From contig JBDRZU010000001.1 of NCBI GenBank assembly GCA_039804105.1, positions 1,280,001 to 1,344,000 on the forward strand: a DNA stretch of 64,000 nt. Reading direction: 5' to 3'. The translations under genes and the position numbers were made by a program. Shown here piece by piece: positions 51,809-62,160 of this stretch. Every line of letters starts with the position of its first letter. Position 1 is the stretch's first letter. The notes beneath the pieces are model-generated. The model was not told the DNA's origin, made no database searches, and saw only the letters and a list, made by a program, of their open reading frames with translations. Origin of the DNA: a candidate division WOR-3 bacterium. Its GTDB lineage: Bacteria > Hydrothermota > 32-111.

Positions 51809-52631
51809 TTTTTACTCCAACAAAAGAAGTGTATCCAACAGTATAACCCGAGTAATCGTTTGTGACATCAGCGCTTGTTATATGGTGAAGTTGTACAAAG
51901 TTTTTTATATTGTACTTTTTATTTAAAAGCAAAATCAAAGTGATCGGCCCAAAGCCACACGCAGGAGAATTTCCAGAAATTTCCTCTTCAACTATATAAT
52001 CGTAGAAAAGTTTATAGTCATTTGAAGAAATTTTTAAAATAGTTTTTTTATCTGTTTCGATTGCTTCATCATAATCGTTTCCATGATAGAGATCTGAAGA
52101 TGCAATGAAACATGTCTTTGACAGGTTGAATTCTGAAATCTTTTCAACAAAATCGAGAGCATTTTCAACTGTCTGTTTGGCCATTATCAATGGAACAAAA
52201 AGAAAATCTTTTGAAAAGATGTATCTTAAAAAGATCGATTGGACTTCAACCGAGTGTTCATCGTTATGAATGTTTTCATTGAATACAAAATTTTTTGATT
52301 TTAACCTGTTTAAAAAATCTCTATCGATTGTTATGTCTCCAAAAGGTGTTTCCCAGATCTCTGATTCAGGCATAACAAATCCATCAAAAAGATGGTGATG
52401 GGATGGGCCAATGACAACTATTCTTTCTATATCTTTATCCTTTAACAGTTTGTAAAAGTGGTATGCTGTGAATCCTGAATAGATGATACCTGCGTGAGGA
52501 ACTATTCCTGTGAAAATTTCACCTTTGATTTTTTGATCTATGTTCTCATCGAATTTTTTAAAAAGTTTTTCTATTTGATTCGCAGAAGAAGGGTAAAAAT
52601 AACCAGCAAATTTCGATTGTCTTTTTTTCAA
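51801..52631 (-). CDS. amrB: AmmeMemoRadiSam system protein B (MEMO1 family)
   Basis: AGYFYP, PHAG..YSG, GPSH, EHSVEVQ, ASSDL.H, ACG. Confidence 0.9.
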   Translation of the reverse strand: MKKRQSKFAGYFYPSSANQIEKLFKKFDENIDQKIKGEIFTGIVPHAGIIYSGFTAYHFYKLLKDKDIERIVVIGPSHHHLFDGFVMPESEIWETPFGDITIDRDFLNRLKSKNFVFNENIHNDEHSVEVQSIFLRYIFSKDFLFVPLIMAKQTVENALDFVEKISEFNLSKTCFIASSDLYHGNDYDEAIETDKKTILKISSNDYKLFYDYIVEEEISGNSPACGFGPITLILLLNKKYNIKNFVQLHHITSADVTNDYSGYTVGYTSFVGVKNG

Positions 52632-53515
52632 ATTTTCTCCTTTTTCAAGCCCATATCAATCACTGTTTTTTCAACGAGTTTTTTGTTATTTTCCGATAAA
52701 GGAGCGAGAGGTAATCTTAACTCTCCGGAATCGAGATTTAAAAATTTCATGCAATATTTTACAGGAACCGGATTTGTTTCAACGAATAAAACTTTTGAAA
52801 GCGGATATAGAAATTCATGAAGTTTCCTGCACTCCTCTAAATCGTTTGCATAGAAGAGTTCGAATAATGATTGCATATAATCTGGAACAACATTTGATAT
52901 GGTTGAAATTATACCAACACCTCCAACTGAAAGTAAGGGTAAAAACAAAGAGTCCTCACCAGACATAACAGAAAATCCCTTTTTAGCTTTCAAAAGTATT
53001 TCCGTTGTCTGGTTTATATTCCCACTCGCTTCTTTTATACCAACTATATTTTTTATCTCTGAAAGATAAGCAACAGTCTCAGGTAAAATATTTACACCTG
53101 TTCTTGATGGAACATTGTATATGACTATTTCAAGTTTTGTTGATTTTGCTACCTTTTTAAAATGTTCAACGAGTCCCTGCTGGTTTGGTTTGTTGTAATA
53201 TGGTGTTATAACAAGAGCATAATCGACTCCGATACTTTCAGCTATTTTTGTTTTTTCAATAGTTTTTTCCGTGTTGTTTGTGCCTGTTCCAGCAATAAGA
53301 TAAGCATTTTTCTTATTCGAATTTGCAACTCTTACAACTTTTTCCCATTCATCATCGGATAAAGCGGGTGATTCTCCAGTTGTGCCACATGCAAGAATTC
53401 CCGAAACATTTTTATCGAGTTGTCTTTTGATCTGTTTTTTAAACAGTTCAAAATCAATATTTTTGTCCTTTTTGAAAGGAGTTATCAAAGCAGTGCAACA
53501 ACCTTTTAATCCCAT
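52628..53515 (-). CDS. dapA: 4-hydroxy-tetrahydrodipicolinate synthase
   Basis: ALITPF, GTTGES, PYYNKP, YNVPSRTG, GIKEASG, ETNPVPVK. Confidence 0.95.
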   Translation of the reverse strand: MGLKGCCTALITPFKKDKNIDFELFKKQIKRQLDKNVSGILACGTTGESPALSDDEWEKVVRVANSNKKNAYLIAGTGTNNTEKTIEKTKIAESIGVDYALVITPYYNKPNQQGLVEHFKKVAKSTKLEIVIYNVPSRTGVNILPETVAYLSEIKNIVGIKEASGNINQTTEILLKAKKGFSVMSGEDSLFLPLLSVGGVGIISTISNVVPDYMQSLFELFYANDLEECRKLHEFLYPLSKVLFVETNPVPVKYCMKFLNLDSGELRLPLAPLSENNKKLVEKTVIDMGLKKEKI

Positions 53516-53523
53516 ATTACCTC

Positions 53524-54186
53524 CTATTTTACATACATACTATCCATTGTAAGTGGTGGATTTATTTTTATATTCTGATAATGGATATCTTCAACAACAT
53601 CCCCCTTTTCAAAATTGTAGAAACCTATCAAAAGATTGTTTTCATCGAAAAACATTTTTGTTTCATCAAATCTGTATTTTTCAAGGTTTATGTTTTTTAT
53701 ATGTATAAAATTTGTTTTAACCCCTTTGAATTTTGCTTCACCTGTAAAAATTTCAACACCATTATCATCTAATATATCTAAAGTTCTGTTCAAAACATAA
53801 GGCCAGTCGGATTCTGCTATAGTGATACCTCTTATATTTTTTACTAATGAATTCGATAGATCTAAAGTCAATTTTATTTTTGAAAGTATGCCACCCTGTC
53901 TTCCGGTTACCTTTTGAGTTTTACAGTCAAAAAATGCTTTGCTGCCAATTCGATCACCTTTTATTGACTCCATTCTTATATACTTTGGCTTTAAAAATTT
54001 ATAATCCCAGTAATTATCCGTCGATTTGTTGTTTGATTTCACATATTCATGAAGTATACATGTGTATGTTGTGGTTGTATCAAGAATGGATTTAAAAGAG
54101 TTTAGAATTTTTAGAGATTCCTCCTTTTGGTCAGAAAAAAGTGTCAGGGAAACAAACAAAAAAACAATAACAAAAAATTTTTTCAT
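53524..54186 (-). CDS. Secreted LolA-like/DUF1571-like protein
   Basis: Signal peptide; KP..IRM, Y.NIKINP.L C-terminus. Confidence 0.5.
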   Translation of the reverse strand: MKKFFVIVFLFVSLTLFSDQKEESLKILNSFKSILDTTTTYTCILHEYVKSNNKSTDNYWDYKFLKPKYIRMESIKGDRIGSKAFFDCKTQKVTGRQGGILSKIKLTLDLSNSLVKNIRGITIAESDWPYVLNRTLDILDDNGVEIFTGEAKFKGVKTNFIHIKNINLEKYRFDETKMFFDENNLLIGFYNFEKGDVVEDIHYQNIKINPPLTMDSMYVK

Positions 54187-56573
54187 TTTTTCCTCTTTTT
54201 TGTATTCTTATCGAGTGCTAAATCTATAACCTGATCAAAATTTTTTACAAAATAAAATTTTAAACCTTTCAATGTGTCCTTTGAGATTTCATCAAGATCC
54301 CTTTTGTTGAATTCAGGTAATATTATGTTTTTGATTCCAGCAAGTTTTGCACCGATGATCTTTTCTTTTACTCCCCCAATTGGTAGAACCTTTCCTCTCA
54401 GAGTTATCTCTCCAGTCATTGCTATATCACTCCTTACAGGAATTTCTGACAAGATGGATACAATTGATGTTGCGAGAGTAATCCCTGCAGATGGTCCATC
54501 CTTTGGAATAGCACCTTCGGGAAGATGAATGTGAAGATCATACTTTTCAAAATCCTCTGGTTTTATTTTAAATTTCTTGTAGTTAGCTTTTATGTATGAT
54601 AAAGCAGCCCGTGCACTCTCTTTCATCACATCACCGAGTTGTCCTGTTAATATGAGGTTACCTTTTCCAATCATCTTTATCGCTTCAACAAAAAGTATCT
54701 CTCCACCATTTGGAGTCCATGCCATTCCGGTTGTTATACCTATTTCAGATTTCTTTTCTGCTTTATCTGACAAAAATTTTCTTTTACCTAAATAATCCTT
54801 TACATTGTTCTGATCAATACGGAATTTTTTGTTTTTATTTTCAGCGATCTTTTTTGCAACTTTTCTGCATATACTTCCTATAGTTCTTTCAAGGTTTCTC
54901 ACACCTGCTTCTCTTGTGTAACCATCGATTATCTCTTTCAATCCTTCATCTGTTACAGTCAGGTTATCTTTAGTTAAACCATTTTCTTCTATCTGTCGTG
55001 GTAAAAGGTATCTTTTAGCGATAAAAATTTTATCGTTTATTGTATAACCCGGGAGTTCAATAACCTCCATTCTATCCAAAAGTGCAGGTGGAATCGTATA
55101 AAGAACATTTGCTGTTGTTATGAACATCACCTGTGAGAGATCATAAGCAAGATCAAGATAATGATCCTGAAAAGTATCGTTCTGCATTGGATCAAGAACT
55201 TCAAGTAATGCACTTGATGGATCACCCCTAAAATCTGAACCGATTTTGTCGATCTCATCGAGCATAAAAACGGGATTTGAAGTTTTTGCTTTTTTAATTT
55301 CCTGTATTATCCTTCCAGGTAATGCTCCAACATAGGTCCTTCTATGACCTCTTATCTCTGCTTCGTCATGTATTCCACCGAGAGAAATCCTTACAAAACT
55401 CCTTCCGAGTGCTCTTGCAATAGATTTCCCCAGAGAAGTTTTTCCAACACCTGGAGGTCCAACAAAACAGAGTATTGGTCCTTTCGAATCATTTTTCAAT
55501 TTTCTTACAGCAAGGTATTCGAGTATCCTTTCTTTAACTTTTTCGAGATCATAATGATCTTCATTTAAAATTTTTTCAGCTCTTTTTATATCAAGATTAT
55601 CTTTAGAATATTCGTTCCATGGCAGTTCAAGTATCCAATCGATATATGTTCTTGAAACATTATAATCAGGCATCATAGGGTTCATCATCTCAAGCTTTTC
55701 AATTTCCTTTTCTACGGTTTCGATGACATTCTGTGGCATCCTCTTTTTCTTTAACTTTTCTCTCAACTCGTTTATCTCTTTATCTTTGGGATCATCTTCT
55801 CCAAGTTCCTCTTTTATCGCCTTCAACTGTTCCCTCAGGAAAAATTTTTTCTGGTCCTCATTGATTTCACTTGTAACTTTTGATTTGATCTTTTGACCGA
55901 GTTCGATTATCGATGTCTCTTTTGCAAGTATTTCGCTGATCCTCTCCATCCTTTTGGTTGAATTTTTTATCGTAAGGATTTCATATCTTGTATTCACATC
56001 GATGGGAAGATTTGAAGCGATAAAATCTGCAAGTTTCCATCCTTCCTGAATGCTATCAAGTATTTGAAAAATTTCTTCGGGAAACTGTTGTGATAGTTTT
56101 ATGTAATTTTTGAACTGCTCTTTTAAGTTTCTTATGAGTGCCTGATAAGTTATCGTTGTACTTTCAACTTCCTCAATCTGTTTATATTTTACCAGGAAGT
56201 ATGGTTTATCGTTTGTTAATATTTCTTCTATTTTTGCTCTTTTCATTCCCTGTAAAAGTATTCTAACAGAACCATCGGGAAATCTGAGCATCTTCATTAT
56301 ATTCGCTATAACACCGAACTCTTCAATCTCTTTTGTTGTAAGATTTGAAAGATTTTCTTTTCTTGTGTATCCTAAAAATATGAGTTTGTTGTGTGATAGC
56401 GCATCATCTATAAGTTTTATCTGATTTGGTTCATTTACAGCAACAGGTAGAATTAAAAGCGGATAGATTATAACATCGTTTCTAACAAGTAACGGTAAAA
56501 TTTCAGGAAGTTCTTTATTCTCCTCATTAACCTCTTGTTCATTGTTTTCAACATTTTTTAGATTTTCATCCAT
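54183..56573 (-). CDS. lon: ATP-dependent protease La
   Basis: GPPGVGKTS, DEAEIRGHRRTY, DEIDK, PKDGPSAG. Start at ATG 56573 or TTG 56579. Confidence 0.97.
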   Translation of the reverse strand: MDENLKNVENNEQEVNEENKELPEILPLLVRNDVIIYPLLILPVAVNEPNQIKLIDDALSHNKLIFLGYTRKENLSNLTTKEIEEFGVIANIMKMLRFPDGSVRILLQGMKRAKIEEILTNDKPYFLVKYKQIEEVESTTITYQALIRNLKEQFKNYIKLSQQFPEEIFQILDSIQEGWKLADFIASNLPIDVNTRYEILTIKNSTKRMERISEILAKETSIIELGQKIKSKVTSEINEDQKKFFLREQLKAIKEELGEDDPKDKEINELREKLKKKRMPQNVIETVEKEIEKLEMMNPMMPDYNVSRTYIDWILELPWNEYSKDNLDIKRAEKILNEDHYDLEKVKERILEYLAVRKLKNDSKGPILCFVGPPGVGKTSLGKSIARALGRSFVRISLGGIHDEAEIRGHRRTYVGALPGRIIQEIKKAKTSNPVFMLDEIDKIGSDFRGDPSSALLEVLDPMQNDTFQDHYLDLAYDLSQVMFITTANVLYTIPPALLDRMEVIELPGYTINDKIFIAKRYLLPRQIEENGLTKDNLTVTDEGLKEIIDGYTREAGVRNLERTIGSICRKVAKKIAENKNKKFRIDQNNVKDYLGKRKFLSDKAEKKSEIGITTGMAWTPNGGEILFVEAIKMIGKGNLILTGQLGDVMKESARAALSYIKANYKKFKIKPEDFEKYDLHIHLPEGAIPKDGPSAGITLATSIVSILSEIPVRSDIAMTGEITLRGKVLPIGGVKEKIIGAKLAGIKNIILPEFNKRDLDEISKDTLKGLKFYFVKNFDQVIDLALDKNTKKRKK

Positions 56574-56585
56574 AGCCAATCCTTT

Positions 56586-56996
56586 CTATTCTATATTTAT
56601 CTTTTTAATCTTTTTGTAAACGAGGGGAATCTCAATTCTTAAAAATCCGTTGTTGTATTCTACTTCCATGTTATCGATGTCACTGTTTGAGGGAATTTTA
56701 AACCTTCTCTCAAATGGCCCATACTCTATTTCCATGTGGTAATAACAGATGTCATTTTCTATAAAAGATTTTCTTTTCTTCTCACCTTTTAAAATTAAAA
56801 TATCGTCACTTACCGTAAGAGAAATATCTTTCTTTTCTACACCTGGTATTTCGACAACTATTATAAATCTGTCTTTCACCTCATATATGTCCGCTGGTGG
56901 TATAAGATGAGTCCTTCTGTAAGAAACAACCCTTGAAAATCCAAAAAAATCGTCTATTAAACTATCCAATTTTTCATTGAAAGGATCATCCTTCAT
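56586..56996 (-). CDS. Hsp20/alpha-crystallin small heat-shock protein
   Basis: P.DIYE, EIPGV, E..YGPFER, YNNGFL.I. Confidence 0.9.
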   Translation of the reverse strand: MKDDPFNEKLDSLIDDFFGFSRVVSYRRTHLIPPADIYEVKDRFIIVVEIPGVEKKDISLTVSDDILILKGEKKRKSFIENDICYYHMEIEYGPFERRFKIPSNSDIDNMEVEYNNGFLRIEIPLVYKKIKKINIE

Positions 56997-57005
56997 CTAA
57001 CCTCC

Positions 57006-58031
57006 TTATTTTCTTATAAGAGAAACATTTCCTCTGCCTGATACTATATTTCCAATCTTTCTATATTCTATTTTAATTTTTTTGAAGAAATTTTCAACAT
57101 CCAAAACGTCTTTTTTGTCAACTATCAAAACGATCCCGATACCCATATTGAAAACTCTGTATGCTTCTTCAAATTCTACATTTCCAAGTTCACAAAAATT
57201 TTTAAATAGGTCTGGAACTTCCCATGAAGAGGTATCTATAAGAGCATCAACTTTATCGGGAAGAATCCTTTTAATGTTATCCTTAAAACCACCGCCTGTA
57301 ATGTGGGCTATTCCTTTTACTTTCTTATGCTCAATTAAAGGATAAACTTCTTTGAAGTACGATCTATGTGGTTTTAAGAGTTCTCTGTATAAAGGTTCTT
57401 TTGAGTTATTAAGAGATTTTTTTAAATCTAAATTTTTTTCCTTTATTATTCTTCTTATCAACGAGTAACCATTGGTATGAAACCCGTTTGAAAAAAGTCC
57501 AAAAATCTGATCACCGGTTTTTATCTTTTTTCCTGTTATGAGTTTATCTTTTTCACATATTCCAACTATGAATCCAACGATATCATAATGTGTGAAATTG
57601 TAAACATCTGACATCTCTGCTAATTCCCCTCCAACAAGAGAAAGAGAATTTTTTTTGCAGGCATTGACCATTGAAGTAATTATCCTGTTTACAATTTTTC
57701 TATCGAGTTTTCCCATTCCAATGTAATCAAGAAAATACAAAGGTTTTGCTCCAACAGCGAGGATATCATTTACAGAGTGGTTGACTATATCCTCTCCAAG
57801 GTTATCAAAAAAGTTTACCTGTTCTGCTATTAGAACTTTTGTTCCAACACCGTCACATGATGATATTAAAACCGGGTTTTTGTAACCTAAAAATTTCCCA
57901 GAGTACATACTTCCAAAAGTTCCAATATCTGAAAGAACATTTTTGGAGTAGGTTGATTTTACAAGGTCTTTTATATCCTTTACAGTTTCGTTTGCCTGAT
58001 TGATGTTAACACCAGAATCTTTATACTTCAT
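57006..58031 (-). CDS. purM: Phosphoribosylformylglycinamidine cyclo-ligase
   Basis: YKDSGVNI, DGVGTK, GGELAEM, SNGFHTNGYSL, HITGGG, VFNMGIG. Confidence 0.95.
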   Translation of the reverse strand: MKYKDSGVNINQANETVKDIKDLVKSTYSKNVLSDIGTFGSMYSGKFLGYKNPVLISSCDGVGTKVLIAEQVNFFDNLGEDIVNHSVNDILAVGAKPLYFLDYIGMGKLDRKIVNRIITSMVNACKKNSLSLVGGELAEMSDVYNFTHYDIVGFIVGICEKDKLITGKKIKTGDQIFGLFSNGFHTNGYSLIRRIIKEKNLDLKKSLNNSKEPLYRELLKPHRSYFKEVYPLIEHKKVKGIAHITGGGFKDNIKRILPDKVDALIDTSSWEVPDLFKNFCELGNVEFEEAYRVFNMGIGIVLIVDKKDVLDVENFFKKIKIEYRKIGNIVSGRGNVSLIRK

Positions 58032-59646
58032 CTTTATACATCCTTTCTTTGATTGTTATTCCCATAAGGGATAAACCTATTTTTATTATTTCTCTTGCTG
58101 CATATAGTACTGATATTTTTTTTAACATTTCTTTTTTATCGTTAATATCGATGATCCTGTAGTCATGATAAAACTGGTGAACCAGAGAAGAAAGTTCTAT
58201 AAGATAATTTGGAATTTTTTGCAACTCATAAGAAAAAGCGGTATTGTAAACAACGAAAGGAAACTCTAAAAGTTTTTTTGCAATATCTCTTAAATTTTTA
58301 TTCTCAAAATTTTCAAAATTGAAAACTATTTCATTTTCATTTAAATTTGCCTTATCAAAAAGGGATGATAACCTTGCATAACAGTATTGAACATAATATA
58401 CAGGATTGTCCATACTTTTTTCTTTTGCCTTTTCTATATCAAAGTTGAAGGGCTGGGATAGTTTTCTTGAAAGGATCATAAATTTTAAAACATCGGTATC
58501 TATTTCTTCTGACAGTTCATCTAATGTTATAAATTCACCTGTTCTTTTTGACATCTCATACTTTTTTCCATCTTTGAATATAGTAACGAGTTGTGCTATT
58601 ATAACATCAAATTCAACTCTTCGGTCTGAAACCATGTTGATTGCTGATTTCAATCTTGGAACATATCCATGATGATCGGGTCCAAGTATATCTATGATTT
58701 TATAAAAACCCCTTTCAATTTTATAAAAATGGTAAGCAATATCTGGTAGGAAATAAGTGAACTCTCCATCAGATTTTACGATCACTCTATCCTTATCATC
58801 TCCAAAAATTGTTGTTTTTAGGTATAGCGCTTTATCTTTAGTGTATGTATAACCTTTTTCTGATAATCTTTCTAAAACTTTTTCTAAATATCTTTTTCTA
58901 ATATCCGACTCATACACCCAATTATCAAATTCTATGGAATACTTTTCAAGAGAATCTTTTTGCCAGTTCAATATGAACTCTTTTCCAAAATCTGAAGCGA
59001 TTTTTATATTTTCATCGTTGAAATCAAGTTCACCAATCTTTTGCTTGAGTTTTTCTGATATATCCCTTATGTAGTTTCCTCTGTATCCATTTTCAGGAAA
59101 GATTTCAGGTTTATTTTTAGAAATATGATAAAGTATCGAAGCACCCAGATTGTATATCTGGTTACCGGCGTCGTTTATATAATTTTCCTTTTCAACATCG
59201 TACCCGGTGTATTTTAGCACATTCGAAAGCATGTTGCCAGCAACCCCAGCTCTTAGATTTACAAGAACAAGTGGACCTGTGGGATTTGCACTTATAAATT
59301 CTATGTTGACCTTTTTGTTATTCTGTTCTTTTTTACCATAGAATTTCTCGGTTACAATTGTTTTACATTCCTGGAAAATTTCTTTGTCATTGAAAAATAT
59401 ATTTATAAAACCTGGAGAAACTATTTCAGTTTTATAGTTGTGTTCTTTTTCAAGTTTTTCTGAAATAATTTTAGATATTTCCAAAGGATTTTTTTTGACC
59501 TTTTTTGATAGTTGAAAAGAAATATTTGTTGAAACATCACCAAAATCTGTAAAGGATACCAACTCATAATCTTTAAAAGAAAATTCTACGGAAAATTCAT
59601 TCTCAACTATTTTTTTTAGATTATCAAGAAAAGTTTTAACCAGCAT
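58021..59646 (-). CDS. argS: Arginine--tRNA ligase
   Basis: FGD.STN, PGFIN, EFISANPTGPL, YINDAG.Q, GDDKDRV, GPDHHGY, MSKRTG, NPVYYVQY. Confidence 0.93.
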   Translation of the reverse strand: MLVKTFLDNLKKIVENEFSVEFSFKDYELVSFTDFGDVSTNISFQLSKKVKKNPLEISKIISEKLEKEHNYKTEIVSPGFINIFFNDKEIFQECKTIVTEKFYGKKEQNNKKVNIEFISANPTGPLVLVNLRAGVAGNMLSNVLKYTGYDVEKENYINDAGNQIYNLGASILYHISKNKPEIFPENGYRGNYIRDISEKLKQKIGELDFNDENIKIASDFGKEFILNWQKDSLEKYSIEFDNWVYESDIRKRYLEKVLERLSEKGYTYTKDKALYLKTTIFGDDKDRVIVKSDGEFTYFLPDIAYHFYKIERGFYKIIDILGPDHHGYVPRLKSAINMVSDRRVEFDVIIAQLVTIFKDGKKYEMSKRTGEFITLDELSEEIDTDVLKFMILSRKLSQPFNFDIEKAKEKSMDNPVYYVQYCYARLSSLFDKANLNENEIVFNFENFENKNLRDIAKKLLEFPFVVYNTAFSYELQKIPNYLIELSSLVHQFYHDYRIIDINDKKEMLKKISVLYAAREIIKIGLSLMGITIKERMYKDEV

Positions 59647-59983
59647 TATCTTCACCTATATGTGTAATTTTTCCATCAGCCCATAGGGATTCAAGAGAGT
59701 ATCTATCTCTTTCTTCCTGTTGAAAAATATGAACAACAACATCTCCATAATCCATAAGTATCCACACACCTGCACTCTCACCTTCAATGTTTACATTTTT
59801 ATAAAGTTTTTTTAGTTTTCGATAAATGTTATCTTTGATAGCGTTTGTTTGAACTGAAGAGATACCGGTTGTTATTATGAAATAATCTGTAAAAGTTGAG
59901 ATCTCTGACAAATCGATTACAACAGTGTTTAATCCCTTTTTCTCAAGTATAGCATCAACGATCATTTTTACCTTTTTTTCCAA
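59636..59983 (-). CDS. rsfS: Ribosome silencing factor
   Basis: KKG, DYFII.TG, EG....WILMDYGDVVVHIF, RYSLESLW. Confidence 0.93.
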   Translation of the reverse strand: MEKKVKMIVDAILEKKGLNTVVIDLSEISTFTDYFIITTGISSVQTNAIKDNIYRKLKKLYKNVNIEGESAGVWILMDYGDVVVHIFQQEERDRYSLESLWADGKITHIGEDNAG

Positions 59984-60365
59984 AAAAACTCCTTTTTAAT
60001 ATGTTTTCATAATCTTTTCCAATTATTATTGTAACATCTATATTGAATGTTGAATCAACAAAAGAAAAAATATTTTTACATTTGAAGAGCTGAGCAATAT
60101 TTTTTGCATATTTCATATTTTTATTTTTTCTATCAACTATACATGTATTATCTAAATCTTCATTTTCTATCATTTCAATAGAAAAAACCTCGTAATTTTT
60201 TTTCTTTAAAATTTCTGCAAATTTATAACCAATATCTTTTTTGTCCGTGGTATTTAAAATCTCAACTTTAATTATATAGTTTTCTTTTTCAAATATCAAA
60301 AAATAAATTGAACATACTAACACAACAATGAGAGCAAAGACAGCAAATAGAAAAAATTTTTTCAT
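59955..60365 (-). CDS. LytR C-terminal domain protein
   Basis: TM anchor; VEILN.T....G, DVTIIIGKDY. Confidence 0.75.
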   Translation of the reverse strand: MKKFFLFAVFALIVVLVCSIYFLIFEKENYIIKVEILNTTDKKDIGYKFAEILKKKNYEVFSIEMIENEDLDNTCIVDRKNKNMKYAKNIAQLFKCKNIFSFVDSTFNIDVTIIIGKDYENILKRSFFGKKGKNDR

Positions 60366-61321
60366 CCTTTTAAATTTGAAAATGGCGGAACGAATTGATC
60401 TTCTTTTGTTTCGTAGTTTTCAAGTACTGAAAAGGATGAAATTCTTGTTCCTTTTCTTATTATGGATTTCCCCTTAATCACAACGTATGGTTCTATTGTC
60501 ACATCGTTTTCAAGAACAACATCATATTCGATGTAACATGTTTGTGGAGATTTTATCGTTACTCCATTTTTTAATACAGAAAAAACTTTTTTGTTTAAAA
60601 GAATGGTTTCAATATGTGATAACTGTTCCCTATCATTTATTCCGGATACCTCTAAAATGTTTTCCAATTTTATAGTTTCTATTTTTGATCTTTCTTTTGA
60701 ACCGATCTTTATAAGATCGGTTAAATAGTACTCCTTTTGACTATTATCATTGGAAAGTTTTTTTAGATAATTTTTTAGAAATTTGTATCTAAAAACATAT
60801 ACTCCAGAATTAACTTCTTTTATCTTTTTCTGTCTTTGATTGCAGTCCTTATCTTCAACGATCATACTGATTTTTCGATTTTTTTCTCTTACAACTCTTC
60901 CATAACCTGTAGGATCTTCAAGTTCCATCGTTAGTAAAGTTATATCGTTTTTATCCTTAATATGTTTATCAATCATTCTGGATAAGGTTTCAGAGGTTAT
61001 AAGGGGAACATCCCCAGCAAGAACAACGATGTTAGAATTTTCGTCAAATTTTTCAAAAGCACACATAACAGCATGTCCGGTTCCGAGTTGTTCTTTCTGA
61101 TATGCTATTTCAACATTTTTGTCTTTTAAAAATTCAGTAACAAGTTCTGATCTGTTTCCAACAAGAACAATAACTTTATCATTTTTTATCTTTTCAACAG
61201 TTTCAAGAATATAACCTAAAATTGGTTTGCCAAGTAGATCAAAAAGAACTTTTGGCTTATCAGATTTCATTCTTTTTCCGAGTCCTGCTGCGAGTATCAG
61301 TATGTTGATTTTTTCATTCAT
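60362..61321 (-). CDS. glmU: GlmU-like N-acetylglucosamine-1-phosphate uridyltransferase, C-terminally shortened
   Basis: LAAGLGKRMKS..PKVL, QLGTGHAV, GDVPL, GYGR, EVNSG, EYYLTD; only a few hexapeptide repeats; 319 aa. Confidence 0.8.
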   Translation of the reverse strand: MNEKINILILAAGLGKRMKSDKPKVLFDLLGKPILGYILETVEKIKNDKVIVLVGNRSELVTEFLKDKNVEIAYQKEQLGTGHAVMCAFEKFDENSNIVVLAGDVPLITSETLSRMIDKHIKDKNDITLLTMELEDPTGYGRVVREKNRKISMIVEDKDCNQRQKKIKEVNSGVYVFRYKFLKNYLKKLSNDNSQKEYYLTDLIKIGSKERSKIETIKLENILEVSGINDREQLSHIETILLNKKVFSVLKNGVTIKSPQTCYIEYDVVLENDVTIEPYVVIKGKSIIRKGTRISSFSVLENYETKEDQFVPPFSNLKG

Positions 61322-62160
61322 TTCAGTTTAACCCTTATGTTATCTATAAGTCGTGTTTTTCCAAAAAAAACTGCAAGAAATATTCTGCAAAATTTTGTAT
61401 TCTCTGTTACATCTTTCAAACCATCCTCATCGTATATTTCGATATAATCTATCCTGTCTGGTTTTTCATTTTCAATAAGTTTTTTAATTCGTTCTTTTGC
61501 TTTTTTAATATCTCTTTCTTTTTCTAAAATTTCTTTTCCTGCTATTAAGGATTTAAAAAGAATCGTAGCTTTTTTTCTCTCATCTTCTGAAAGATAGGAG
61601 TTTCTTGAACTCATTGCAAGACCATCTTTTTCTCTTACTATCGGGCAAGGAATAACTTTTAAATTAAAGTTTAGATCTTCTACCATCTTTTTTATTATGA
61701 GATACTGCTGGAAATCTTTCTCTCCAAAATATGCTTTGTCAGGACAAACTATGTTGAAAAGTTTTGCCACAACGGTTAAAACTCCTTCAAAATGTGTTGG
61801 TCTTGATATACCACACAATTTTTCTGAAAGTTCTTTTATTTTAACTGAAACGAGTTGATTATGATACATTTCATGATCCGATGGAAAAAATAGTATATCG
61901 CAACCATTCATCTTCAAGATTTTTTTATCCCTTTCGATATCTCTTGGATACCTACCATAATCTTCATTAACTCCAAACTGGAGGGGGTTTACATATATTG
62001 AGACGACAACGATGTCATTTTCCTTTTTTGCTTTTTTTACAAGTGAAATGTGTCCATCATGGAGATAACCCATAGTTGGAACAAAACCTATAGATTTCTG
62101 TTGTTCTCTAAAGTTTTTTAACTCTTTTTTTAATTGTGATATTTTAGAAAACACCTTCAT
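61318..62160 (-). CDS. panC: Pantoate--beta-alanine ligase
   Basis: FVPTMGYLHDGH, RPTHF.GV, FGEKDFQQ, GLAMSSRN, RLIDN. Confidence 0.96.
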   Translation of the reverse strand: MKVFSKISQLKKELKNFREQQKSIGFVPTMGYLHDGHISLVKKAKKENDIVVVSIYVNPLQFGVNEDYGRYPRDIERDKKILKMNGCDILFFPSDHEMYHNQLVSVKIKELSEKLCGISRPTHFEGVLTVVAKLFNIVCPDKAYFGEKDFQQYLIIKKMVEDLNFNLKVIPCPIVREKDGLAMSSRNSYLSEDERKKATILFKSLIAGKEILEKERDIKKAKERIKKLIENEKPDRIDYIEIYDEDGLKDVTENTKFCRIFLAVFFGKTRLIDNIRVKLK

